DNA of 64,000 nt from Parcubacteria group bacterium Gr01-1014_20 (GCA_007376265.1 VMFW01000006.1:10930-74929); one strand, 5' to 3'; counted from the stretch's first letter, positions 10,807 to 19,764 are shown. A program made the numbers and translations. The notes: a model not told the origin generated them from the sequence alone.

Positions 10807-12103
10807 ATTGTCTTTCGTCTTCTAGGAGTGGTAAATTTGGTGGCGGAGTTCCTTTTTTAGATTCGATTCTCTGGAGTTGAGGTGAGGTAACTGCGGTGAT
10901 TGGGAAGTGACAAATAGTGGCCAACTCCTCTATGTTTAAAATGGGAATTGGTTTTTTGGGAGACATTGATAGATCGCGATAACGTTCAAAAATTACGCGC
11001 CGTCGATAATCCAGCCGGGTTTCCTTGAAAAGGCCGTGAACAGCCGCTGTCATGGTCGGTTTATAGGGTCTTAGGAGGTTCAAATTTTGAGTGCTAAATT
11101 GCCTAAAGACACCCATAACGCCCATAACATTATCACGACTGAAGCTGTCGCGATGGTCGACGTAGATAAAACGTACGGTAGTGTCGAATCCAAGTTTAGC
11201 CGTTTTCCTTTCGATGCCCTCGAGGGCTTCTTTTTCTGTCGGTGAAAGCACGAGAAATTTGAAGTCATTATTCTTCCGTTCTTCTTTCTTTGCTTCGAGC
11301 GATGGGTGTTCGAATGGGGAGCGAACGGCCTCCTGAAGAGTAACTCCGAAGAGTGGAGTAGAGGGACTTTTAGCTTTTTTATCTCGACCCATCATTTTGT
11401 TTACCAGCTCGTCGCACTCGTCCTTCCAATCCCCTCCGGTGGGGCGAATCAAGAACTGAACCCAGATTTGTTCTTCGGATTTTAATTTCGACATCAGTTC
11501 AGTTAGAGCCGAGATTGGATCAACCCGACGTTCTTCGACAGGATCTTCAAATGAGATATAAGTTCGGATGGGGTAGCAGCTTTCTTTTTGAAGGACGAAT
11601 TCAAGGCCATGAGTCTGGAAAACTTTATTGGGCAGGACTTTAGGCATCTTTTTGACGTAGTCATCCTCTGGGTCCACTTCGCTTACTTCCGCGTTGGGAT
11701 ATTGTGAGTAGATAGCGGATTCCATTAGGTTTTGGAATTGAGCTGGGGTTCTTAGGTAAAGATGAATTTCGCCGCCAAGGCTGACTAATTCAAAGGCCAT
11801 TGAATACTCCCCTTTCCCCTCCCAGTGGATTTCCAAGAAACGCAGGCCGTAAGAATAAGGAGCGTGCGCGGCCGCGAAAATTTGTTCCATGGCTCTTGGT
11901 GTTTGCAGGATATCTTTAGGAATTTTTATTTCAAGCAACTTCCATCTGATTGCGACAAGCCATTTGAAATGAATGTAATAGTTCCACCAATACCAGAAAA
12001 AAGGCGCAAAGAAAGCGGGCAAAACAACCCACCAAACGTTGCTCCAGATCATCCCCATGTTTTTAAGGATCATTACGACCGGTTCCGGCAAATTAGGAAT
12101 CAT
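10799..12103 (-). CDS. Conserved membrane-anchored partner protein of the VirD4-like ATPase
   Basis: N-terminal TM; LLEIKIP, MEQIF, YSQYPNAEV and LNIEELATICHFP motifs typical of the protein upstream of or fused to these CPR ATPases; start re-assigned to ATG 12103 after a TAAAAT box. Confidence 0.75.
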   Translation of the reverse strand: MIPNLPEPVVMILKNMGMIWSNVWWVVLPAFFAPFFWYWWNYYIHFKWLVAIRWKLLEIKIPKDILQTPRAMEQIFAAAHAPYSYGLRFLEIHWEGKGEYSMAFELVSLGGEIHLYLRTPAQFQNLMESAIYSQYPNAEVSEVDPEDDYVKKMPKVLPNKVFQTHGLEFVLQKESCYPIRTYISFEDPVEERRVDPISALTELMSKLKSEEQIWVQFLIRPTGGDWKDECDELVNKMMGRDKKAKSPSTPLFGVTLQEAVRSPFEHPSLEAKKEERKNNDFKFLVLSPTEKEALEGIERKTAKLGFDTTVRFIYVDHRDSFSRDNVMGVMGVFRQFSTQNLNLLRPYKPTMTAAVHGLFKETRLDYRRRVIFERYRDLSMSPKKPIPILNIEELATICHFPITAVTSPQLQRIESKKGTPPPNLPLLEDERQYE

Positions 12104-12188
12104 TTCATTAATTTTAGCAAACTGTTTCAAAACGAAAAAGGGCCAAAAAATTTTAGGCCCTTTCTCTGTATTTACTTGATGATTTTGG

Positions 12189-13223
12189 TTACGCTTCCCG
12201 GATCTGGTAAGTCCCGTCACCCAAGCGTTCGAAGAATTTTCGGTTTTGGAGGTTAACGAGAATAGTGTTTTGTTTTAAGATCCTCTCCTTTTGAACAGCT
12301 AAGGAAATTTGCTTAGTGTTCATTGGTCCGTTTTGCTTCAAAATGCGCTTGATCACCTCCTGAACCGTACCGGGCTTAAAACCCTTTTCGGTTAGTCCGT
12401 AGATGCCCCGACCAACCAGAACAAACCGGTTGTCCTTGATGAGCTCATTGTGAACCGTTGGAGCCAGGGCAACTTTCTTGTCGAACTTAACTTCGTTGAT
12501 AAGGCTCGTGATTTGCTCAAAGTGCAGGGGTTCGGCGGACTTTTTGAGCACCAGGTAAATTCGATCGCGAATATTTTGCGGCTTAATTTCCGGCCATTCG
12601 GCGAGTCCAGTATCACTGTAGGGATTTGAGAAAACTTTCTTGGAGATGGCGACGAAATTCCTGGCAGAATTCTCGTTGATTTTTTCCGCTTTGATAAATT
12701 TAACGAAAAAGTTTTCGTAGTTTCCGGCCAACACTGCCTCTTTCTGTGGTTTCAGGAATTTGACCAATTGCGCGACAAATTTATTAAGATTGTCCAGATT
12801 TTTTCGATCTTGAAAGTAAAAAGATCGATAGTTCTGGTCTTCGTCGTGAAAGTGAAAATTTTTTGAAGATTCAAGCAGTAAGGCTAACTGATTTTTAGTG
12901 ATGCTGTCATCACCAGAGTTGAGTTGTTTTAATAGAATGTCTTCGCTAATAACGCCACCCACTGATTCCAGAGATTTCTTGCCTTTGCTTAAAATGGCTT
13001 GGCAATCTTTGTTCGTTGCGATTTTCTGTTTAAGCAAATTTAAACCAGCCGCTTCGATTTGACGGACACGTTCTCTGGTAATGCCGTATTTGTTACCGAG
13101 CGCGGCTAGAGTTTGCGGCTCTGAATTTGGCCCAGAAAGGCCAAAACGACCAACAATAACCTCCCTCCCCCTAGGGCTTAGGTCGGCAAAGATTGAATTA
13201 AAGACTTTTGTGATTGCACCCAT
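12189..13223 (-). CDS. Sigma-70 region-4 HTH plus HARE-HTH (RNAP delta-like) protein
   Basis: N-terminal RFGL...TLAALGNKYGITRERVRQIE; C-terminal PLHFEQIT, TVHNELIKDNRFVLVGRGIYGL. Confidence 0.8.
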   Translation of the reverse strand: MGAITKVFNSIFADLSPRGREVIVGRFGLSGPNSEPQTLAALGNKYGITRERVRQIEAAGLNLLKQKIATNKDCQAILSKGKKSLESVGGVISEDILLKQLNSGDDSITKNQLALLLESSKNFHFHDEDQNYRSFYFQDRKNLDNLNKFVAQLVKFLKPQKEAVLAGNYENFFVKFIKAEKINENSARNFVAISKKVFSNPYSDTGLAEWPEIKPQNIRDRIYLVLKKSAEPLHFEQITSLINEVKFDKKVALAPTVHNELIKDNRFVLVGRGIYGLTEKGFKPGTVQEVIKRILKQNGPMNTKQISLAVQKERILKQNTILVNLQNRKFFERLGDGTYQIREA

Positions 13224-13240
13224 ATTTTTATTGTTTTCCC

Positions 13241-13333
13241 ATTGTATACTGACTTGAAAAATAAGTCAAATAGTGACACTGGGTATAAACCTATCTGACT
13301 CCCTATTCTACTACGGCTTGGTTCTTTTGTCAA
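13241..13333 (-). promoter_or_regulatory. Tandem sigma70-type promoters; the proximal one overlaps a TGACTT-N7-AAGTCA palindrome
   Basis: Minus strand TTGACA-17-TAGAAT (13333-13305) and TTGACT-17-TACAAT (13269-13241); inverted repeat at 13250-13268. Confidence 0.65.
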
Positions 13334-13355
13334 GTAGGGGGTAACTAAGGTAGGT

Positions 13356-14258
13356 TTAGGCTGACTTTTTCAGATTTTGCCAAATTAAGAGGAGGGGGCT
13401 TGCAACGAATATCGAAGAGTAGGCTCCGGTAGTAACTCCAACCAGAAGGGTGAGAATGAAGTATTTGAGGGTGATGGGACCGAAAAAGAAAAGAGCTAAA
13501 AGGACCAGGATGAGGGTTAGAGAGGTATTAATTGATCTTGCAACGGTTTGGTTGACGCTAGTGTTAATAATTTCCGCAAAGTCTGATTTGCCACGGCTGT
13601 GGAAAAGATTTTCTCGAATTCGGTCGAAGATGACGATTGTGTCGTGGACAGAGAAACCCATGACGACCAAAAGAGCGACCACGAAATTAGAATCAATTTC
13701 GACTTTGCCAAGATAGCCTAGGTAGGCTAAGAGTCCAGCTGGAATCACAATGTCGTGGAAAAGAGTGAGGAGGGTGACCCAGCCGTATTTCCAGGAACTT
13801 ATCGGTCGAGAGGTTTTTCGGAAAGCGAAGGCGATGAAAAGTGAGATTCCCACGAGGACCAGACCGATCGCGATCATTGCGTTCTTTCTTAGTTTTTCAC
13901 CAACGGAGGGCCCGATGGATTCGAAACTTAACTCTTTGGCGGTGGGATATTTACTGAGTACCAGTTTTAGGAATTCCTGGTGTTCAGCTTCACTCGCGAC
14001 TCCGAAGCGCGCGATGAAAATGTTTTCAGATTGGTTATAACTTAGACGAACTTCGCCGACATTTTTTATGTTTTCTTTGAGGAAATCGTCTATTTCTTTG
14101 AAGCTTTGCCTTTCTTCAGAGATTTTTAACTGCCAGAGGGTTCCACCTTTAAAATCTATTCCCTGATGGAAGCCGAAAGCGACTATCGAGACTATTGATA
14201 GAAGAGTGAGGATCAGAGAAAACAATAGAAATATTTTTTTGTGACCGATGATGTTCAT
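13356..14258 (-). CDS. secF: Protein translocase subunit SecF
   Basis: GIDFKGGT, IGPSVG, HDTIVIFDRIRE, RSINTS and GAYSSIFVASP motifs. Confidence 0.96.
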   Translation of the reverse strand: MNIIGHKKIFLLFSLILTLLSIVSIVAFGFHQGIDFKGGTLWQLKISEERQSFKEIDDFLKENIKNVGEVRLSYNQSENIFIARFGVASEAEHQEFLKLVLSKYPTAKELSFESIGPSVGEKLRKNAMIAIGLVLVGISLFIAFAFRKTSRPISSWKYGWVTLLTLFHDIVIPAGLLAYLGYLGKVEIDSNFVVALLVVMGFSVHDTIVIFDRIRENLFHSRGKSDFAEIINTSVNQTVARSINTSLTLILVLLALFFFGPITLKYFILTLLVGVTTGAYSSIFVASPLLLIWQNLKKSA

Positions 14259-14263
14259 ATTTT

Positions 14264-14296
14264 TACGAATTACGACTGATTTACGAATATACGAAT
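14264..14296. repeat. 33-bp element of four TACGAAT heptamers, copy 1
   Basis: tacgaat tacgact gatt tacgaat a tacgaat; 29/33 identical to 37720-37752. Confidence 0.8.
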
Positions 14297-14306
14297 AAAA
14301 TCTTAA

Positions 14307-15548
14307 TTAATTTTTTGGTTGGTTTTTGGCGAAGACTTTTAGCAGGAGCCTCGTGGTTGTGATGGCTGAAAACATGCTGACTAGAACTCCAATTAAAAGA
14401 GTTAGAGCAAAACCCTTGATGAAGCTCGAGGTAAAGAAATAAAGAATAACGGCCGTAATGATGGTGGAAATATTGGAGTCTCGAATGGATGGCCAGGCTC
14501 TTTTGAAACCTTCTTCGATGGCGGACATCCTGGACAAGCCTTTTTTAGTTTCTTCTTTTACTCTTTCGAAAATCAGAATGTTAGCGTCAACGGCCATGCC
14601 AATCGTAAGTATAAAGCCAGCTAAACCCGCCAAAGTCATAGTGACACCGATAAGCTTGAAAAGTCCTAGGGTGAGGATCGAGTAGATAATAAGGGCCACA
14701 ACGGCAAAGACACCAAAAAACTGGTAGTAGATCAGCATAAAAAGCATGACAACGAGCGTGCCGATGGCGCCAGCGGTTAAGGCTTTTTGGAGCGAATCAT
14801 TCCCGAGGCCGGGGCTCACGGTTTGCTGGTTGATGAGGACAATCGGAGCGGGCAGAGCGCCAGCGTTAAATCGTTCCACCAGGGTTCTAGCTTCGGTGAC
14901 GGTGAAGCGACCCGTGATAACGGCTTGGCCCCCAGTGATTTTCTGCTGAACGACTGGCGCTTCGATTAAACCTTCATCTAAGAATATCGCTATGGGTTTC
15001 CCAATATTTTTTTCCGTCAGGTTTTCGAATATTTTGGAGCCTTCATCGTTGAAACTGATAGAAACTTGCGGGGCGCCGGTTGTTTGGTCAAAGGTGAGCT
15101 GGGCGCTTGTAATGTACTGGCCGGTCAGAGGCGTTTCGGGAGTTACAAAGGTGGTGCTCGAACCGTTTTCGACTACCTCTCTAAAATCCAAAAGGGGCGT
15201 TTCTCCGATAAGACGAATGGCTTGGTTGATGTCGGTGATGCCGGCGATTTCGACGATGAGGTTCGTTTTGTTTCCAGACTCAGCCGTAAACACCTGCGGC
15301 TCGCTAACACCGAAAAGATTGACCCGTCTTTCAATTACATCGCGCAGACCGTTCACAACTGAACTTTGGTCGCCGCTTGGAACTTTGGTTAAATCAATTT
15401 CATAGATGAGGTGGCTGCCGCCGACCAGATCTAAGCCGAGTCGCCAAGGTCGGGTTTTCAACCCAAAGGCTCCCGGATAAACAAAAAAACCGGCGATAAT
15501 GGTCGCGACAAAAATAAAAGACAGAACAAGTCCTGGATACTTTCGCAT
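14307..15548 (-). CDS. secD: Protein translocase subunit SecD
   Basis: LGLDLVGG, RRVNLFGVSEP, GALPAP and GMAVDANILIFER motifs. Confidence 0.96.
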   Translation of the reverse strand: MRKYPGLVLSFIFVATIIAGFFVYPGAFGLKTRPWRLGLDLVGGSHLIYEIDLTKVPSGDQSSVVNGLRDVIERRVNLFGVSEPQVFTAESGNKTNLIVEIAGITDINQAIRLIGETPLLDFREVVENGSSTTFVTPETPLTGQYITSAQLTFDQTTGAPQVSISFNDEGSKIFENLTEKNIGKPIAIFLDEGLIEAPVVQQKITGGQAVITGRFTVTEARTLVERFNAGALPAPIVLINQQTVSPGLGNDSLQKALTAGAIGTLVVMLFMLIYYQFFGVFAVVALIIYSILTLGLFKLIGVTMTLAGLAGFILTIGMAVDANILIFERVKEETKKGLSRMSAIEEGFKRAWPSIRDSNISTIITAVILYFFTSSFIKGFALTLLIGVLVSMFSAITTTRLLLKVFAKNQPKN

Positions 15549-15623
15549 GTGGAGATTATTCTAGCAATTTGATGATTTTTGGCAAGGAGGGGTCTTCACC
15601 TTGGTAAATTGCAACGAGTTAAT

Positions 15624-15653
15624 AAAAGCCGCCTTCGGTACACGATGGCGGCT
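15624..15653 (-). terminator. Intrinsic terminator of the 15677-15895 gene
   Basis: AGCCGCC...GGCGGCT stem with a plus-strand A-tract. Confidence 0.65.
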
Positions 15654-15676
15654 CCAGGGCTTGAAGATGAGTGGGG

Positions 15677-15895
15677 TTAAAGCTTGATGTCATGCGTTCG
15701 GATCATGTCGTGGCACCAGCGAGTTTCGTTGCCACGGTAGGTGGTTCGGATAACTTCTTGAGGTTCGCGGTCGTCTGGAGTCATTTTCTTCGCGACAATG
15801 TCGAAGATTTTGCGTTTGTCGTCGTCGCTCAGTCGGTGATGACTTTTCCGCGCTTGGGCTGATTTGCTACGGCTTTGATCTTGCGAGCCTTGCAT
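15677..15895 (-). CDS. Small basic hypothetical protein
   Basis: Strong SD GGAGGAGG upstream and terminator downstream; no recognised family. Confidence 0.55.
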   Translation of the reverse strand: MQGSQDQSRSKSAQARKSHHRLSDDDKRKIFDIVAKKMTPDDREPQEVIRTTYRGNETRWCHDMIRTHDIKL

Positions 15896-16000
15896 GGGAC
15901 CCCTCCTCCGGTCATTGCAACCGGGTGAATTGTTTTGAAACGTGAAGAGTTGTTAGTGAAGCTAGTTTAATTTTAGCTCACAGACTTTTGTTTTGGCAAG

Positions 16001-16059
16001 CCCTGGGACTAATTATGAAACCTTTTCATTTTCCTAGAATTTCATAATTAGTCCCAGGG
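16001..16059. mobile_element. MITE-like element: perfect 20-bp inverted repeats with a 19-bp spacer
   Basis: CCCTGGGACTAATTATGAAA (16001-16020) and its exact reverse complement (16040-16059); CAAG repeated at 15997-16000 and 16061-16064; first 17 nt match the GIY-YIG element end at 14/17. Confidence 0.65.
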
Positions 16060-16103
16060 TCAAGCCGGTTTTTTTGGTTCGGATTTGTTGCTAGAATTGG
16101 GCT

Positions 16104-16712
16104 ATGAGTGATTTAGTTTTATCCAGGGGAAGAGCACTAGTGGTGGTGGCTCATCCGGATGATGAGACGATTTGGATGGGTGGGACGATTTTAGCTAATC
16201 CACAGACTAAATGGACGATATTTTCTTTGTGTCGTGCGGATGACAAAGATCGGGCGCCGAAGTTCCGCAAGGTGTGTAAGTTTTTGGAAGTGCGAGCGAT
16301 CATAACGGACTTGGACGACGAAGAAAAATTGAATTTGCGTGAGAGCCTGCCGGAGATTCGCCAACGAATTCGAAAAGTGGTTGGCTCCGCGCGATTTGAT
16401 TACGTCTTTACGCACGGCTATAATGGGGAATACGGACATCCGCGGCATCGAGGAGTGAGTCGAGTAGTAAGGGAGATGGTGCGAAGCGGAGAGATCAAGA
16501 CAAAACAACTTTTGAACTTCAGTTACGAATTTGATGAGCGGAGAAATCTGTGCCGACCAAAAAAGGCGGATATTTTTTTAAAACTATCCCTCGCTCTGTT
16601 TAAGAAGAAACAGAAAGTGATTAACGAGGTTTATGGGTTTCGGAAGTCAACGTTTGAGTTCAAAACCCTAACTAAAATGGAATATTTTAGAACGATTAAG
16701 CAACGAGTATGA
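16104..16712 (+). CDS. PIG-L/LmbE family deacetylase
   Basis: VVAHPDDETIWMGG and THGYNGEYGHPRH motifs. Confidence 0.88.
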   Translation: MSDLVLSRGRALVVVAHPDDETIWMGGTILANPQTKWTIFSLCRADDKDRAPKFRKVCKFLEVRAIITDLDDEEKLNLRESLPEIRQRIRKVVGSARFDYVFTHGYNGEYGHPRHRGVSRVVREMVRSGEIKTKQLLNFSYEFDERRNLCRPKKADIFLKLSLALFKKKQKVINEVYGFRKSTFEFKTLTKMEYFRTIKQRV

Positions 16713-17851
16713 GATCTGTCATTATGTACGCCTATCCGCCGGAGCCGGATGGGCTAAGTCAGCAAGGAGATTTGCTTCATCGTGGGATGAGGGAAAATGG
16801 CGAGGAGATTTGGCCGGTTCATTTATCGAGCGAATTTCAGAAGGAATTTTTGTATAAGTTTTATAAACCGGACGTGGCGATTGGGGTGGGTTTTTGGGGC
16901 CACGCGCAGGACATTATTTTACACCCGCAGAAGTACGGCGTTCAGCCAGTGCCGTGGTTACTTTCCGACGGGTGGGTGGCGAATTACCATCAACTTATTT
17001 CGGAGCTGCCATTGGTTTTCACGACGAGCGACTGGGTGCGAAAAACTTTTGAACGGGACGGAGTGGATACGAAAAATTTCCAGACGCTTTATATTGGTTT
17101 GGATACGGAGCTTTTCAAGCCCATTCCTCGCGATGATGCGAGGATTTTAAAAATTAAGGAAATGCTTGGGATTAAGCCCGATGAGGTGGTGATCATGACG
17201 GCGGGAGGAGACGTGACTTCTAAGGGGGCGCAAGAAGTTTTCAAAGCACTGAAAAAGGTGGATCAGGAATTTCAGAACTGGAAATATGTTTGTAAGGTTT
17301 GGGGGGGTGAGAGCGCGGATGATCATTACGACGATGAGATGGTTTTGCTTGACGAGTTGGGTCCGTCGAAGGATAAGGTGATTTATCTTGAAGGATCGTT
17401 GTCGCGAGAATTTATGCCCCTTTTACTCAACGCCTGCGATATTTATGCGGCACCGTCCCGATTGGAGGGTTTTGGGATGATTCAGGTAGAAGCGCAAGCG
17501 TGTGGGAAGCCAGTGATTTCGATTGACGAGATGGGACCGAAGGAGACGATCTTGAATGGCGAGACGGGGTTTTTGGCTAGAGTGGCAACAACCGTGGACC
17601 TCACTTCTGAATGGGCGTACGTTGGCATGGGATTTGAGGAAGATCACCGGATTGAGTTTGATAAGCCAAAGACCTTTGCTTATAGGGCGGATGAAAATGA
17701 CATTGCGGAATTTTTGCTGAAGCTTCTAAAAGACCCGGATTTGCGAGCGAAGATGGGCGCTAGAGCGCGAGAACATGTGGTAGGAAAATTTGAGTATCGT
17801 AAAATTGCCAAACAAATGGCGGACCTGATTAAAGCGAAGTTTAATATTTAA
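16709..17851 (+). CDS. GT4 family glycosyltransferase
   Basis: KGAQE, PSRLEGFGMIQVEAQACGKPVI and NGETGFL motifs. Confidence 0.9.
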   Translation: MRSVIMYAYPPEPDGLSQQGDLLHRGMRENGEEIWPVHLSSEFQKEFLYKFYKPDVAIGVGFWGHAQDIILHPQKYGVQPVPWLLSDGWVANYHQLISELPLVFTTSDWVRKTFERDGVDTKNFQTLYIGLDTELFKPIPRDDARILKIKEMLGIKPDEVVIMTAGGDVTSKGAQEVFKALKKVDQEFQNWKYVCKVWGGESADDHYDDEMVLLDELGPSKDKVIYLEGSLSREFMPLLLNACDIYAAPSRLEGFGMIQVEAQACGKPVISIDEMGPKETILNGETGFLARVATTVDLTSEWAYVGMGFEEDHRIEFDKPKTFAYRADENDIAEFLLKLLKDPDLRAKMGARAREHVVGKFEYRKIAKQMADLIKAKFNI

Positions 17852-17858
17852 TAAAAAC

Positions 17859-17889
17859 AAAAAACCGGCTGTCGTAATGACCAGCCGGT
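17859..17889 (-). terminator. Intrinsic terminator of the small-protein operon
   Basis: ACCGGCTG...CAGCCGGT stem with a plus-strand A-tract. Confidence 0.7.
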
Positions 17890-17895
17890 GGATAG

Positions 17896-17964
17896 TTATC
17901 GTCTGCGACGTCCTCCGCTGAAAAAGAGGAGCCAGATGATGAAAAAGAGCAGTATTCCTTCCAT
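17896..17964 (-). CDS. 22-aa single-TM peptide MEGILLFFIIWLLFFSGGRRRR
   Basis: SD AAGGAG upstream; hydrophobic core with basic tail; ends just before the terminator. Confidence 0.45.
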   Translation of the reverse strand: MEGILLFFIIWLLFFSGGRRRR

Positions 17965-17980
17965 TGACTTCTCCTTGTTC

Positions 17981-18160
17981 TTAGGCGTACCAGACGGGAC
18001 CCCAGGTGTGAAAAAACATCTGTCGGCCGGCTCGATATTCGTCGGTATCCCAGATTGGGCGGTCACCGAGAACAGCCGTCTGTCCATAGTAGAACTCACC
18101 TCCCGGGAACCCGAGTGCGATCGCGATAGCGACCACGGCTATTCTTAGGAATTTTCTCAT
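17981..18160 (-). CDS. 59-aa secreted or membrane-anchored protein (MRKFLRIAVVAIAIALG...WGPVWYA)
   Basis: Manual translation; SD GAGGAGG; signal-peptide-like N-terminus; below the ORF-track cutoff. Confidence 0.6.
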   Translation of the reverse strand: MRKFLRIAVVAIAIALGFPGGEFYYGQTAVLGDRPIWDTDEYRAGRQMFFHTWGPVWYA

Positions 18161-18176
18161 GGAACCCTCCTCGCGA

Positions 18177-18530
18177 TTAGTTGTTGGCGATGACGACGCT
18201 CGCTCTCTTTAGAGCTCGCTTTTTCCGAATGTCCTGAATGGCGCGGACAACTATCACCGCTGAGCATCCAATAGCCCCAACGGTTCCTTCGTAGGTGTGG
18301 AAGGGATTCGGGAGCCGAATGAAGAGATTCAAGCAGATGATTCCGAGGGCCGAGAAGATTAGAACCCCCTTGAGGTTCCTCGGCTTTACGAGTGGAAACG
18401 CTATTCGGATCGCGTTCCTTCTCATTTGAATCGAGAGGGCAACGACGAAACAAGCCAGTCCAAACGTGAGCTCGAGCGGCTTGCAGACGCCGTTTACGAA
18501 GTTCAAGACGAAAGTGATGATTTCACTCAT
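18177..18530 (-). CDS. Small membrane protein, paralogue of 18570-18944
   Basis: SD GGAGG; about 3 TM; NGxxKPxELxxG and PNPFxTYEGxxG motifs. Confidence 0.75.
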   Translation of the reverse strand: MSEIITFVLNFVNGVCKPLELTFGLACFVVALSIQMRRNAIRIAFPLVKPRNLKGVLIFSALGIICLNLFIRLPNPFHTYEGTVGAIGCSAVIVVRAIQDIRKKRALKRASVVIANN

Positions 18531-18569
18531 ATTTCCTCCGTTGATTTCGGTGTGGTTTGTTGATTTTCC

Positions 18570-18944
18570 CTAAAACAACATGTTCAAGGAGAAGGAAAAC
18601 CTTTTAGTCTCGCGGTAGCTTTTGATTAGCCGAATGCTCGCCTTGATTCCGTAGTGGATGCCGAATATCACCAAGCCGAGCTTTCCCTCGTAGGTGGTGA
18701 AGGGATTGGGCGTGACTGCGAAAATCACGAGAGCGACTGTTCCAAGGAGACCGAAGAATAGCTCCTCCTTTATGTTGTCCCAGTTCGACCCAATCCTCAT
18801 TGAGTAGTAAATCTCCGCAAGTAGTGGTGAGAGAGATAGTACTCCAAGCACGAGTTCGATGGGCTTGAAATAACCGTTCATGGCGCGGAGAATAATTTCT
18901 AAATCTCCGCTGGTTCTTGTTGCCAGATAGTAGGTCGTAAACAT
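18570..18944 (-). CDS. Small membrane protein, paralogue of 18177-18530
   Basis: SD AAAGGA; same two motifs (NGYFKPIELVLG, PNPFTTYEGKLG). Confidence 0.75.
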   Translation of the reverse strand: MFTTYYLATRTSGDLEIILRAMNGYFKPIELVLGVLSLSPLLAEIYYSMRIGSNWDNIKEELFFGLLGTVALVIFAVTPNPFTTYEGKLGLVIFGIHYGIKASIRLIKSYRETKRFSFSLNMLF

Positions 18945-19092
18945 GGGTTGTCCTTTCTGTTATGCAGTTGTAAAGTTTCAGTCTTTGAGTTTATATTATA
19001 CCATATAAATGGCCTAATTGTCAAGTCAAGAAAGGCCATATTTATTAGGCTTTTTGAGATCTTAGCGTCTTTTTTCTTAATAAATTGGGCTG

Positions 19093-19121
19093 AAAAAACC
19101 TCCCGTTTTTCAGGGAGGTTT
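19093..19121 (-). terminator. Intrinsic terminator
   Basis: AAACCTCCC...GGGAGGTTT stem after the 19130 stop. Confidence 0.7.
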
Positions 19122-19129
19122 AGTTGGAT

Positions 19130-19630
19130 TTAGGCATAGAAACCGAGGGCGATGTCTTTTTTCTTTCCTCCGGGAGCGCCGATGATGGCTAGGAAATTGG
19201 AGAGAGTGGCCATTATGAAAGAACCGCGGCCGTGCTCGGCCATTGGTTCATGAAGAGTCGAAAATTTCATTCGCGAGATTCCCATCATGCCGGCGGTATC
19301 TTCCACAAAGATCAGAATGGCTCTGCCAGGGTTGGCGACGGCAGTGATATGGATGCGTCCCCTCTTGCCATAGTTTTGCATGGCTCTCCGAGCGTTTTCG
19401 AGAGCTTCGGAGGTAGCCATAGCGATATCGACGGATCTTGATTCACTGAAGCCGGAAAGATGGGCGAAAACCTGAACTTTGTCGCAGGCAGCGTACATTT
19501 GTTGTGGTGATCGAAAGGACGTAGTTAGGACCTTGGGGAATCGAATCGCGAACGGTTCAGCCCCGTTTTCTGGCCAAGATTTAACCTGGATTATCTCTGG
19601 TTCTTTAACTAGCCTTGTGGCTCTGGGCAT
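19130..19630 (-). CDS. RsbW/SpoIIAB-like anti-sigma factor ATPase (HATPase_c_2)
   Basis: MATSEALENA (N box), VEDTAG (G1) and EHGRGSFIMATL (G2); start re-assigned to ATG 19630 after SD AAGGAGGT. Confidence 0.75.
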   Translation of the reverse strand: MPRATRLVKEPEIIQVKSWPENGAEPFAIRFPKVLTTSFRSPQQMYAACDKVQVFAHLSGFSESRSVDIAMATSEALENARRAMQNYGKRGRIHITAVANPGRAILIFVEDTAGMMGISRMKFSTLHEPMAEHGRGSFIMATLSNFLAIIGAPGGKKKDIALGFYA

Positions 19631-19764
19631 CCGGACCTCCTTATTAAGGGTTCTAACTTGCTTATAATACCAGAGACATTTTTTGTCAATCCCGTTTAGA
19701 AATTTCACACCCAAGCCCTTTGGGCGCGGTCGACCACGGGTGTTATTTCTAACGGGATAAAAAT

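Noticed and set aside
17896-18099. 67-aa ORF from the track
   Set aside because: Better explained by two SD-led ORFs (17981-18160 in another frame and 17896-17964); not fully excluded.
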